This document shows, one piece after another, positions 51,960-64,000 of a DNA stretch of 64,000 bases. Below the pieces are notes generated by a model. The model saw only the letters and a list, made by a program, of their open reading frames with translations. It was not told where the DNA came from and made no database searches. Every line of letters begins with the position of its first letter. Position 1 is the stretch's first letter. Position numbers and translations under genes: made by a program. Origin of the DNA: Vicugna vicugna (lineage: Eukaryota); contig MU058432.1 in NCBI GenBank assembly GCA_013265495.1, positions 75,985 to 139,984 on the forward strand, in the 5' to 3' direction.

Positions 51960-52094
51960 CTCCTCCACTGGTAAACGCGTCCAGCAACATAGAGTGCCCT
52001 GCATGTTTTGAATTTAATAGAGCTTCCTGTGATGGGAAACCCCTGAGATGTAATAACAGAGAAATGTGTGTCAATCTAGTCGCTGGATGGAATG
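51960..52094 (+). CDS. LYPD8: LYPD8 coding exon 4 (LU domain 2, first half)
   Basis: tcttccacccag acceptor; APPLVNASSNIECPACFEFNRASCDGKPLRCNNREMCVNLVAGWN; G|GTATGT donor. Not captured by the ORF track. Confidence 0.93.
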
Positions 52095-54796
52095 GTATGT
52101 TTCAGCGTTCCAATTCCTTTTCATGGGACTTGAGTCATAAATTCTGGGTTAACATAGAAGGACTGGGGAAGGTTAGTAGGATGAAGGGATAAAGTCAGAT
52201 TCCTTTGAGATAGTGAGGCTGTTAATGTAGCCTTGAGCTGATAGCTGTTTCTGTCTCTTCAGCCTAGAGCCATCCCTCCTGGGCTGTCCCTCTCTTGAAC
52301 GCTGTTCACTGTGGCTTCTAAGCAAGCCAGTCTCGTTTTAGGCATCAGGTCACTCTTGGCATTTACTTATTTACGGGTTGAGCCATTTTGTAGATGTGGG
52401 TGCATCTAACTTGGTTCCTTTTATATGTACACTTTCATTCTCGACCTGTCACTGAGAGGTGTTGGTTTAGGACAGCTTGGGTCACCTGGAAGGAAGAGTC
52501 ACACTGAGCTTTGATATCCAACCAGTTGATCTTTTCTATGAAAGTAATTTGATATTAACCAATATGAGACACAAAGTAACCATCGTACAATACAAAACTA
52601 ATACATGTAATTCTTTAAATATTCAGACAAGTGTTATTCATGCCTGAATACGTAAAGAATAATACATTTATTAATCAGAGTAAATTAATTACTGTGAAAG
52701 GGCAATCTTCAAACCCTATGGCTCAATACAGCAGACGTTTATTTTGCTGTTCGTGCAACAGTTCATTGCAGAGTCCAGGACCTTCCTTCCATCCTGAGGC
52801 TTTGGCCCCTTCCCACCCACGACTTGGCAGCTCTCTGCTGTATTCTTAGCATCTCGCTAGCAGATGGGGGAAGAAAGGGCATGGAGGAAGGCAGGAAGGC
52901 TTTTCCAGGCAGGGCTTACAAGTGAATGCATCGTTCCCACGTTCCACTGGCTGGACCCCAGACTATAGAGGAACTGAAGGTGGACATGTAACCCAGTGGT
53001 AGCCCAGCAGGAAAGGAAGAGGCGTGAAGCTAAAACGAACAGCCAGCTAGTCTTTGCCACAAACGTGGCTCCGAAGGACAAGGGTTTAAGAGCACCAACA
53101 CCCAGGGACAATTTGATTCCAACTTTAAAATAGCAATTACAGTATCGGAAACCAATGCTTAATTGTAGTTGGAGATTTCTTAGTGGGGCCAAACATCATA
53201 CTTACCCTGAACTTCCCTTGACTTTTTTTTTTTTAAATAGACTTTATTTTTTAGAGCAGTTTTAGATTCACAGGAAAATGTAGAGAAAGGTAGAGAGATT
53301 TCCCCTTCACCCCTTGCCCCCACACATACACAGCCTCTCCGACTATCACCATGCCCCACCAAAAAGGTACATTTGTTATCATCCATGAGTCTGTGTTGGC
53401 ACGTTGTTATCATCCAGAGTCCGTTAGGGCTCACTGTTTGTGATGTACAACCTATGGGTGTTGGCAAATATAGAATGATACGAATCTACTGTTATGGTAT
53501 CAGAGAGAGTAGTTTTACTGCCCTAAAATCTTCTGTGCTCTGTCAAATCATCCCTAACCACTGGCAACCTCTGCTTTTTTTTTTTCTTTCAAAACCCTGT
53601 CCAGAGTTTTGCCTTTATCAGAATGTCACATAACTAGAGTCATATAGTATGTAGCCTCTTCAGATGGACTCATTTCTCTTAGGATATGCATTTAAGGGTC
53701 TTTTTACTCTAAAAATCTCTGGGCTGTCTATGCAGCTCTGGTGTTTCATCCTAAAGCTGTGTCTGAGGGCAACCACGGAATCAGAAGGACTTGCTCTTCC
53801 TGTTCACCGCGTTCGCAGGTGTCTGCGAAGTCCCAGGCTGTGGCTTGGTCTGGAAGCTGGACCAATCAAAGCTACCGGAAATGTAGGATTTTGTTTTTGT
53901 TTTTGACTTAAAAAAAATACTGTAGACATGTGCCAAGCAACACACCTTCCTAACCCACTCTAATTCAGCCTCCAGCACTGATATTTACTCTAAAGCAACA
54001 GTGGATTGCTTTTGTTTTTACTGGGATTTGGAAGTTTCTCCTTCTCAGAGCAAGTATGGAGTCAGCCTTGAACTCAAATTACAGCCCCGCCTCTGGCACA
54101 TAGCCGGTCAGCTCCTCAGGCCCCTTCCTCCAGGGCTGTTTGATTTGTGGCCTTCAGTAGGTACACAGTAGGGACTCAATAAAAGGTAGCTGCAATCACA
54201 ACTGTATCTTCTTTGCAAATTCCCTTGGTCTTTTCGTAGGACCTGCACCTTAAAACGGGGTTAAACGGAACATAACATGTTTTTAGAGTAAAAACACAGT
54301 GGTCTCTCTGTATCCCCTCTGGCTGTTATGCCCTCTTCTCAGAGAAAACTCAGGCAGGGAGAACTCAGATACAGGGAGGAGTAAGGATGGAAAACAGAGC
54401 CTAGAGGAAGGGAGCCCAGGAGAAGTCTAAATGGCTGACTCCCTCCTGGACTGAGAGCAGAAGACTATGGGTGGTCTGAGCCTGTCCCTAGATTTCACCA
54501 CCTGCCAACTGCTCAGGAAAACACTGGAGATTTGAGTTCCAGGTCCAGCTCTGGCTCTCACCTGTGACCTCAGGCTCACACCCACCTCCGGAGCCCCCGT
54601 TTCCTGTGGGACTAGGGAGGGGAGGGGATCTCCATGGCATTACCATTTGGTGTTCATAGTCCTGGGCCCCTTCTCCAAGCTTCTGTGTCAGGAGCAGACC
54701 CATTTCAGCTCTTGCAGGTAACTGAGAAGACCGGGGAGTTGGGGGGCGGTGGACAAAGGGGTTGTGATGTCCTTACTGTCTCTTTTGCATTCACAG

Positions 54797-55050
54797 AGAC
54801 GAGCAAATTAGTGCTGAAAGGCTGTTCCAACATCAACGACGCCACCTGTCACATCCTGTCTACTAAGAAGCCAAAGCTTGGAGAACTCACTTTGCAGAAG
54901 TTAGTGTGTGCGGACAAATCCACCACTGCCTCAACGACCAAAAACCCAAAGACCATTGCCCCTCACCGTCCCACCAGTGGCACCGGCTCTAAAGTCTTCT
55001 TCACCCCCGTGGCCCTTGCCAGCCTTCTCCTGCTGGGGCTGCTGCTCTGA
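54797..55050 (+). CDS. LYPD8: LYPD8 last coding exon (LU domain 2 end, Ser/Thr stalk, GPI signal)
   Basis: ttcacag acceptor; ETSKLVLKGCSNINDATC...GTGSKVFFTPVALASLLLLGLLL-TGA. The five exons total 723 nt (240 aa plus stop), all junctions phase 1. Confidence 0.95.
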
Positions 55051-55153
55051 GATCGGCGCCTCTCCAACCCTCCCCTCCCCTGTTTGACTGCTCAGTGAAC
55101 AGCAGTCACAGCCTTCCAGGTCATGCCCTGTGGTAGCCACATCATTCTTTATT

Positions 55154-55159
55154 ATTAAA
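55154..55159 (+). terminator. LYPD8 polyadenylation signal ATTAAA
   Basis: Variant signal about 100 nt after the stop codon. Confidence 0.7.
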
Positions 55160-57275
55160 ACATTGGTTCACTCGCTGCCCAAATCTGTCACGATACGTTC
55201 TGGGCTAGGCTTCCTTCAAGCTGCTATCCAGCACCACTTCTCAGTTCCTTGCCTTTGCAATCCTTGCAGCTTTGCGTGTGGGCTCCCAGGACCTCCTTGA
55301 TCCCTGCCCAGTTTGCTTTTGAGAAGCATACTCTTCCTTCCACCTTGCTGGCATCTTTTACCTACCTCCTTGCACTTCTGGGGACTGACGTGCCACTGTC
55401 CCCATCCTCACACTCAGGAGGTGCCCCAGCTGCGCCTCGTGATGCTGTGTGTTGACCCTCAGCATCGCTGTTTGACTCTTTAGCGGTCGTACTGGCTCTG
55501 GTCCACTGTGGCCCACAGTGACGTTGCTAGGGCCGTCACCACGGGACCCAAAGGAGGGTGCAGAGGGCTTGCTGAAGGCTGGCAGACTCTCCTGCTTAAC
55601 CTCTCAGGCAGGGACACGATGCGGTCAGCACCTCGAAGACCAGGTGTCTCGTAGCCTTGTAGGAAATGGAACACGGCTGGAGAGCCCCAGCCCCTCCTCT
55701 CAGAGAACTTACAGTCCAATGCAGATTCCTCGACTCCAGACCAGCTAACCAGGGAACGAGAAAACCATTCAATTCCATACGGCCAGAAGCCCAGGCTTAG
55801 TAAATAAAGGGGGGCCTTGAGCTGGACTCGGAAGAATGGGGTTTTCTGTAATAAAAACTTTTAAAGGTATAAACCGCTTTGAGTCTTTATTGCCTGGGCT
55901 CACTGACAATGATTAAGAGCAGAACCGCCAGAAAGGCCATCTTGCAGAAACTCATCACCGCATTCGTTCTTATTTAAGGGTTTTAATTTTGAAATAATTC
56001 TAGACGTATCAAAAAGTTTCATAAGCGGTTCAGAGAGTGCCAGTATCCCCACACCCATCTTCCTCTTTTGTTCACATTTTACATAACGACACTGCAATTA
56101 CTGAAGCCAGGAAATTAGTATTGAAACAATACTGTTGACTAATAGGTCTCATTCAGGTTTTCGCTAATGTCCTTTTTTTTCCTGGTCCAGGATCCAATCC
56201 TCTGCATTTGGTTGTTACGTCTCCTCAATCTTCCACAATCTGTGACAGTTCTGGAGTCTTTATTTTATTGGCTACTTGTTTTTGAGACATTTGAGCTTAT
56301 CTGAAATTTTCTCACGATAAGATTTGAGGTTATGCATTTTCGGCAAGAATCCCACAGAAAGGAGGTGCCCTCCTCAGTGCATCTTATTGGGAGTTACGCG
56401 ATCTTGGTACGTCTCATCAACTGGTGATGTTAACCTTGATCGCTTGGTTAAGGTGGATTTTCGGCCAGTTTTCTCCACTAGAAAGTCACTGCTTTTTCCT
56501 TTGCAATTAGTGATAGGCTAAGTTCTGCTGCTGTAACAGATAGACCTTAGCAAAAACAAAAAAACACACACACACACAAAAAACTTAGGGGTTTAATACA
56601 AAGAAAGTTGATTTCTCAGTTACTTGAACCCAGGTAGATGTTTCTGACTGGGTAGCTGTCCTGGGCAGCTCCCCTCTGAGAGTGAGAAGGGGCCAGGCTC
56701 CTTCTATCCCATGGTTCTCCTGTCCCCTGGGTTCTTGGGCTCTTAGTTAATTGTCCTGCATCCAGCTGGCTGACAAGGAGAGAGAGCCCGGAGGCCATGC
56801 AGCACGCTCTAAGGGGCGAGCCTCAGTGACATGGCCTAGGAGGAGGTGTTTATCCATATGCACCTTGCAGGATCTGCCTCACAGGCAGTATGGCTCAGTG
56901 GTCAGGGGCATGGCCTCTAGATCCAGAATCATGGCTTTAATTTCTAGCCCTGGGACCTTGGGCAATAGATGTCATCTCTCCGTGCCTCGGTTTCCCTCCT
57001 GTACTACAGGGATAGTGATAATGCCTGCTGCATGGGGTTGTTAAGAGCTGCCAACATAGTTCTCCTTGGCAAAGAGTAAATACTAGCCATTAGCAGATGA
57101 CTCCAGTTTGAAAGCACCCCCTCAACCCATGCTCTAGGGAGAGGGGGTGCCCACCAGAAAGAGGGATGTGGAAGGCACAGCCCTGGCCCACTTCCCTCAG
57201 ACCATGCCAATCTCACTGAAATTATAGCTGTTTCTGTGTCCCAGGATCCCCTCTCCCTTTTCATCCCCTCCCCAG

Positions 57276-60200
57276 AATCTCCATGACCGCTGCCACCATG
57301 ACCACACAGGCCACAGCAAAGCTTGTTAACATCTATCTTCACATGGCTGCTGACTCCAGGTCACCAGATCTGACCTGCTCTTGGGACCTCCTGGAAGTCA
57401 CCCTGCTCAGGGCTGATGTGGGGAAGAAGTGGTCCTTTGGGGGAACTGCAGACAGGAGTGAAAATCAGGGTGCTGACAATTGGGAAGGCGACTGAAGGTG
57501 AGCAGGGCCAGATGCCAGGAGGTTCCACATGTTGGAAGGACGCGGGCTTTAGGCTGAGGGCTGAAGACAGAGGGCCACGGCAGAGATATGTGCACAAGAA
57601 GGAACACAGCGGGATTTCCGCTTTCTCTCCCAGACTGAAGGGTGCAGGTAGAAAGACAGTGGGAGAACAGTACAAGGAGGGAGTTTAAACGGAGAAGTAG
57701 TGGGGATGGAGGCTCTCCATCATCCTGCTGTAACTGAGAGCAACTCACGCCGTAGAAATAAACTTCTATTTGCACTGCGGGCTCCTGCCTCCTCACCCAG
57801 AGCAGGGCAGAGGGCAATGCACCACTCCTGCTCAGTGTCTACGCTCCTTTCCTTGTCTGGCCACACTTTACTCCGGAGTCCTGCCCTCTGACCTGGATCT
57901 AGGGCCTCCTACCCCGATAAAGCTCTTGGCTGCCAATTCTTCCTTAGTCTCAGCCTGAGCTCCGGGATAAGGCCTATGTCTGAGGAGCTCCAAAGAATTC
58001 TATACTCATGTTGTACAGCTGGACCAATGACAAATCACCGTCTTCCCACCGCACTCTACAGTTTGTAAAGCTGTTTTACCCGGGTAATTTTATTTTCTTT
58101 AGAATTGGCTTTATTCAGGTATGATGTACATATAATAAAACGTATGTGTGCCGACTAGTGAGTTTTGACAGAGGTGGCCGTGTAACAATTCCTCCAGTCC
58201 AGTCAAAGTCCTCTTTGAGTCCACCTCACTCTGGCCCCAGGCTCCCACATGCATCCTCACTGCCCCATCTTGGAAGTTACAGGCAGCTCTTCTGCTCACA
58301 TTCCACTGAGCTGAGCTGTTTGTTACCTGGCACCACGTGGACACAAAGCTATGGGCAGCTGAGGCCCTGGGGGATATCAGCTCCACCCAGCAACAACTCT
58401 GCCCCATGGAAGGGGGAGGTCAAGGGACTGTTTCCACTGGACTCCAAGCCCTGCCAGCCCGCTCCCTTCTCCCCTACTTCCTGGGCCAGGAAGACAGAAG
58501 AATATAACACCTGCCCATTGGAAAAAAAAAAAAAGCGCAACCTAAAAGGGGAGAATTATTTGGAAGACTACTGAGGACTTAAACCTGGGATACAGCTGCG
58601 CTGATAGCTCTGAGGGACTGTTCCAAAGACGTAAAGGAGGACCCAGGATATATCAGAGTTCTTGCTGAAATAAAACTATGTAGTTGGACATCAAAAGATT
58701 GCTGCTAATCACAAAAAAACAGGCATCTCAAGTTAATGGTTCCAGTGCTTTTCCATGTATGGGAAGATGCAAGAGTCTGGGTTCATTGAAATCATTCCTT
58801 TGATCTGCACCTTAACTGTCCAGGGCAGTATTCTGTTTTCCTCTTGTCCAAACCACCAGAGGGGATGGGCAGAATGGCGGGGGTGGGCTGGTGGAGTTAT
58901 GGCCACAACATCCTTTGTTTACTCAAATGTCAGGTGACATTCTTTGTCCGCACACCTCTCGGTTGAATTATGATCTGAACTAAACCTTCAAATAATTCTT
59001 GATCTGAAATATGAACTAAAAAAGCTAAAATCACTAATCACGTGAGTTTTTCCAATGTCTCTTTTTAATAGGGTGAGTGAATATGCCCTACGAGGCTGTG
59101 AGAGGGATTTTGGTCACGAGATGCTCTGCAGGGGGCCTTAAGTGTCCCAGTGTGACTTTAGATCTGAGCGTGGGAGTGTGGAGGGTTGAGAGAAGGGACA
59201 ACCTGAGCAGGATGGGCGGTGGACTCAGGACATGGTTGTTCTCATGCTGGGGAGACCAGCTACTTGGGTCAAGTGATCCAGAAGTTCCAGTATTCCCAAA
59301 CGTGCCCCCACCAGCCAAGTTACCAAGAGAAGTAAGTCTTCAAGTACAGCATCTCAGGAAGAGGGAAGAGTGACCATTGGAGCTCCGGTGCCAGGGTCTC
59401 ACTGTGGGTCTTTCCCAGAAGATGAGGTGGGAGGCTTCCCTGAACATCAACCTTGAAGCAGGCAGAGGGTCCTTGGACTTCAGAGGTGGATACCACAAGC
59501 AGATTAACAGTAGTGGCAGGGTTTGTCCAACACAGAAACCAGGGTCCCCTGCTGCTCAAATATCTCCCTGGGGATCGTCATGAAGTCTCGAATTCCAGCC
59601 ATTCTCTTGGTCCTAAGAGCTATCAATTTCCCATGAGCTAATTGTCATTATCCTCACCTTACACCTTCTGGAGATGCTACCCAGACGGAGGGCCCGGGAA
59701 GAAGCAAAACTAGAAGATGAGTGAGAAAACCGGGTAGAGTCTGTGAAGGAGGTAGATAAGACTAAGTCAGGGGGTCGAAGCACATCGACAAACCTTCATT
59801 CCCCAGCTGTCGGCCCAGGCCCCACTTCTCTGTGATTGACATCAACCCACCACCAGAACGGACACCGGTGGTAACAGTGGCGATGATACACAAGTCAGAG
59901 CTCCCCCTGAACAGCTGGCTCAGTGCCACACTTAATCTTCAAGGAGGTAGGATACTGCTGTAGCCCTGTTGTCCAGGTGAGCAGACTGAGGCTTGCAGAG
60001 GCCGGATGCCTTGCATACAGCCAGCTAGGCAGGTCCTGGGGTGGGTGGGGTGTCCAGTGGAAATGGAAATCGTGGTCCATAGTGAGTGCTTGCTGCTCTG
60101 TCACTAACTTGCGCATTGCTGGTTGAGTCCCTCTTTGCTTCCTTGGCCTTGGGATGCCTCTGTTTTCTTCATCTCTGTGTCACTTTAGAATCTTGCAGCC

Positions 60201-60343
60201 ATAGTGAGGACTTGGGCTCCAGCGTCACCTTTTTCAGGCTTCAAGGCAGGTGTGAAGGGGCAACACAGGACTTGGGAGAACTCAGGGTCTCAAGTGAGCA
60301 CAGTGGCCTGGGGGCCTGGAGATGGTCACACTTCCTCAACTGA
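57276..60343 (+). pseudogene. decayed LYPD8/RoBo-1-like two-domain Ly6/uPAR paralog
   Basis: Five exon-like segments in LYPD8 order: 57276-57359 (signal), 59132-59250 (GLKCxQC...), ~59536-59720, ~59840-59976 (QNGHRW*QW...QC), 60189-60343 (LGSS...LGEL). Frameshifts, stops and lost cysteines. Confidence 0.55.
58517..58953 (-). mobile_element. ERV1-type solo LTR
   Basis: Homologous to the LTRs at 7535 and 11018. Confidence 0.7.
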
Positions 60344-60899
60344 GAAATGGGCTGGGGACCCAGTGCCCCTGCCCTTTTCTGTCCCCTCGGAACTGGACAC
60401 AGAATAGAACGAAATTTTATCTTTTATTTCTTACATTGAATAGTTTCTATGGCTTCTCTGTACTAGTCACTTCTTACCTGGATGAATCTCGCTTCCGTTT
60501 GTTCGTTTGCTTGTTTATTCGTTTTCCTCCTGAGGGTCGGAGGTCTTCTTGGCAAAAGGATTCTCTGTTCCCCACCCCCTTTCCCTAACCCCTTTGAAAC
60601 CCAAGCACCCCAGGGAGCTCAGAGAAAGTCTGAGTCGAGCTGCAGAGGGTTTGTGCTCTGCTTGAGGCCCCAGGGCACCCTTCCAGAAGAGTCCAGTCTG
60701 TACTTTGTAAGGGGGCACAGGCTTTGCCACTGAAGAATCACAGACCTCCATTGCTTCCTTTGGATTTTTTTTTTTTTTTAGCTCCAACTGTGTGCTGGAA
60801 ATTTCTCTGCTGGACTCCCAGACGTCCACAAAGGCACTCTTGTCTGTGGGTGATTGTCAAAATTAGTGTTCTTAAGGGGAAGACGTTAGAAAACTCTTG

Positions 60900-63005
60900 T
60901 TCTGCCATGGTGATGACGTCACTTCTCCTAAATTTGGATGTGACTTTAGAGAACGTATTGAGCCTTTTGGCTCAGAAATGCCTTGGCAGGTCTCACTACT
61001 TACAATGGACTAAGGCTGGGTGGTCACATAAGTAGCAGAAGCACAATGTTAATGGGTTCCCTTGCCATATTCTGTGTCTTGAGTCCAGAACAGATGGCTT
61101 GAAATACAGGAGTGTATTTTCTCACAATTCTGAAGGCTAGAAGTGTGAGATCAAAGTGTTGGTTTCTTCTGCGATCCCTTTCCTTGACTTGTAGGTAGCT
61201 GTGTTTTCCCTGTGTCTTCACACGGTCTTCCTTCAGCGTATGTCTGTGTCCTAATCTCCTCTTCTTATAAGGACACCAGTCTTACTGGGTTAGGACCCAC
61301 TCTAATGACCTCATTTTAACTTAACTACCTCTTTCATGGCACTATCTCCAAATATAGTCACATTTTGAGTAATGGGTATCAAGTTTTCAACATATGAATT
61401 TTTAAGGGACATAACACAGCCTATAACAACCAGTAATGTTCAGGTTCCATGCTTCTATTTGTCTACCTTCATGTGTGAAAACTGGGCCTATGAGCTTTTG
61501 TATACACTCTGTCTGTATTGAACAATCAGGGAGGTTTGGAAGATTTGAAGGTTCAGAAAGTTCAAAGATTGAGGACACCAGTTGGTAAAAGTTCAGGTCA
61601 GAAACTGCAATTTTGAAAGGATGTTTTGTGTTGAACTGGGGGGCCATTGCTCGAGGAGAAGTTGTAGAGTGGGTGCCAATTACTTGACATCTGGAAATGT
61701 GGCAACAAATAAAGGTAGAGTCTGTGATCACTCGTCCAGATGTATTTTTGGAGGCAACAGAGGGTCCAGATTTTGTAGATATGAGATGTGTGGGCTGATT
61801 CTACATAACCTGTTCTCTCTTTGTGTCTTTATCTGAAATACAGACTTTATGTCTACTGTAAGACATTGCCTCATTAGTATTTGGGGACTGGCAGCTATGT
61901 AAATGTTGGCTGATTTCTAGTAAAGACTGGTGGGTGACAAAAGAGGAAATGCTAGAGGTTCAAAGCCCAGACATTTTAAAGAATTATTTCTTTGGGGGGG
62001 GGTTCAAATTTAATTTAAATCTGTCTTGTTTTGAGGGTCTGTTGAAATATTCTGAATATTATATTGACTAATGCACAGATGATTGTGAGCTACCAGTTGG
62101 ATGAACTGTTGGTGGTTGTGGGCTAAATGGCGAGCTGACGGGCACGGATGAGAAGTCTGGTGGCTTTGCGGACCTGGCTGTTGGATTGTTGGGTTAGATG
62201 CGGGACAAAGAGTTCAGACCTCAGGCTGGAAAGGTAGACAGATTTCTTGAGGGTACGTAGGATTAAGCTGAGACACCAGCCAGGATGCTGCTCGTCTATA
62301 CAGCTGTGTTAATAAAATCAAATTTACCTCCATACTGTTAATACAGATGGAGGGAAACCATCTATATGAAAATAAATTATGGCCAGTTAGGATATTTGGG
62401 GCTGAAATTACTAAAATGGGATTGAATCTGGGAGTTTGTTGAGAAAGGCTAGAGTCTTTAGCTGCCTGAGTAAAATCCAAGATGTGATGCTGAATTTGAA
62501 GCGCCAGGTAGACTGGACATTCCAAAACCCTTAATGCCTTGGGGAACTTGAGCTGCTGCTATCTGTGGCTCCTGCTAAAATCATTCAGTAGGGGACTGAC
62601 CACCTTGAAGTTGCCGATCAGTGATGTTGCACATTCAACATCTTAACCTGCTTCCATGTTTAAATTTCCTTCTTGCCCATGGTTGTCAGCATTCTGGGAC
62701 TACAAGTCCACATGTAATTGTGTAGACCATACATTTCAGAGCCAAATGCAACATTTGAGTCTCCTCTGCAAACAGGCTAGTCAATCTCCCTGAAAGGGAA
62801 GCCAGGAGACTGTCACCTGTAACATGCTCCTGGCTACCACAACCCCAGATGCTTCAGAGCATTTTTCTGTAGGACCTGTAAGACCCAAAGATCAACTTGG
62901 TGGCTTTTTGGGCCACTTGAATATTGACTGATTGGACCTATTTGGACAGTGGGCAAGTCTAGGCCTTAATAGAAATAGTGCCTGTCTTTTCAGTCAAACA
63001 TTTTC
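60900..63005 (-). pseudogene. TAB2: ancient processed pseudogene of TAK1-binding protein 2
   Basis: Minus strand shows 5'UTR similarity, a degenerate start (GTG, 62916-62914), SSLSQQTPRFNPILVISAPNILTGHN, EQVM*NQPT, TSPR...NTKHPFKIAVS, and an NZF end DHPALVHC...PRHF-TGA (60974-60972). Contiguous across a recalled intron position; many frameshifts and stops. Confidence 0.88.
61086..61428 (-). mobile_element. MLT1 (MaLR) LTR inserted in the TAB2 retrocopy, truncated at one end
   Basis: tcttcttataaggacaccagtc...taatgacctcattttaacttaactacctc...tctccaaatatagtcacatt. Confidence 0.88.
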
Positions 63006-63116
63006 CTTTTCCAGGCACCTTGCTGGTCGTGTGGAAAAGGATGATGGCTGGGCAAGGCTGGTCCTCCTGATGCATTTTTCCCTCCCTCTGCCTCCATGCC
63101 GCATCTCATCCTCTTT

Positions 63117-63187
63117 CATATATATACACACACACACACACATACATACATATATATACACGCATACATATATACACATATATATAT
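63117..63187. repeat. (TA)n/(CA)n compound microsatellite
   Basis: Directly visible. Confidence 0.95.
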
Positions 63188-64000
63188 TTTTTAACATCTC
63201 ACTTTTACATCTCATTACTCTTATTGGTTTTCTCTTATTTTGTGAAGTTTTCCTATTTCATAAGGTCTGTTTGCCCTGACTTCCTCACGTCCTTCCTTCC
63301 AATTCATCTCCTGAGTGTGTGAATGTGTGTGCATGTGTGTGAGTGCATATGAGAGTGTGTATTGCTCTGCTTTCTGATATCTCTGTAGAGAGAACACCTC
63401 TTTCTAGAGGTCTTTCCATGCAGTACCCCAGTTCTTGTCGGTTCTGTCAGGGGTCAGGTGCCTGCCTGTTTAGACTTTCCAGACTCTGGTGAAAGGAGTG
63501 GGGAGATTTCAGATTTGCGTGTTTGCTTTGCCGGACAAGATACCGAGCTGTCAGGGCTGTGGGAGGATGTCTACTGAGGGAATTCAGGCTGGAGGTGGCC
63601 GTGGGGTAGAGTGCTTTGCCTGGAGCCGAACAGCTGTATGTTTGTAATGCCCTCAGTGTAGCTGGAGACCTGGCCACGTCTGTAGTGGATACAGCTGGCT
63701 TCTAATTACAAAGTCAGGACTGTTAGGAAAAACCTGATGATTGCAGGTAACAGTAGCCCCTTTCAGGAATTCAGAAACTGATCGTATTTGATACTTCTTT
63801 CAGAGAAATATCAAAGTATTATTAAAGGAAGAAAAGGCTAAACTCAGGAAATATGGCCTGTAAAGTTGCAATCTATCATCACATGATGAGTACATGTTTC
63901 AGGAGTTAACTAGGAAGCATAAAATAATAGAAAATTGGTGTTCTCAGATCAAGAATAACAGGGATATTCATTCACCAATATTACTGAGCGCTAACAGCAC

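Noticed and set aside
61582..61836. Cys-rich plus-strand ORF
   Set aside because: Antisense of the TAB2 pseudogene; Cys spacing is not LU-like.
1..64000. CRISPR arrays, operons or other prokaryotic systems
   Set aside because: The sequence is intron-containing mammalian DNA; no regularly spaced repeat-spacer array was seen.

Overview
Mammalian genomic DNA, most likely a camelid (inferred from several tRNA-derived SINEs of Vic-1 type and the L1 3' ends). It covers the SH3BP5L-LYPD8 interval, all host genes on the + strand. It holds the last coding exon and 3'UTR of SH3BP5L (378-~2215) and an intact LYPD8 gene: five coding exons (48268-55050), 240 aa, two LU domains and a GPI tail, with a probable TATA promoter and 5'UTR exon near 45.8 kb. 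The rest is rich in L1, ERV/MaLR LTRs and MER DNA transposons. Retrocopies: a full-length RPL17 processed pseudogene, an old degraded TAB2 processed pseudogene interrupted by an MLT1 LTR, and two unidentified poly(A)-tailed 3'UTR-like inserts. The most notable signal is two chains of decayed Ly6/uPAR-type exons flanking LYPD8: a five-exon LYPD8-like fossil at ~57.3-60.3 kb and a weaker, possibly three-domain fossil at ~23.2-26.6 kb. Gene and repeat identifications rest on recalled reference sequences, not database searches; repeat boundaries are approximate.
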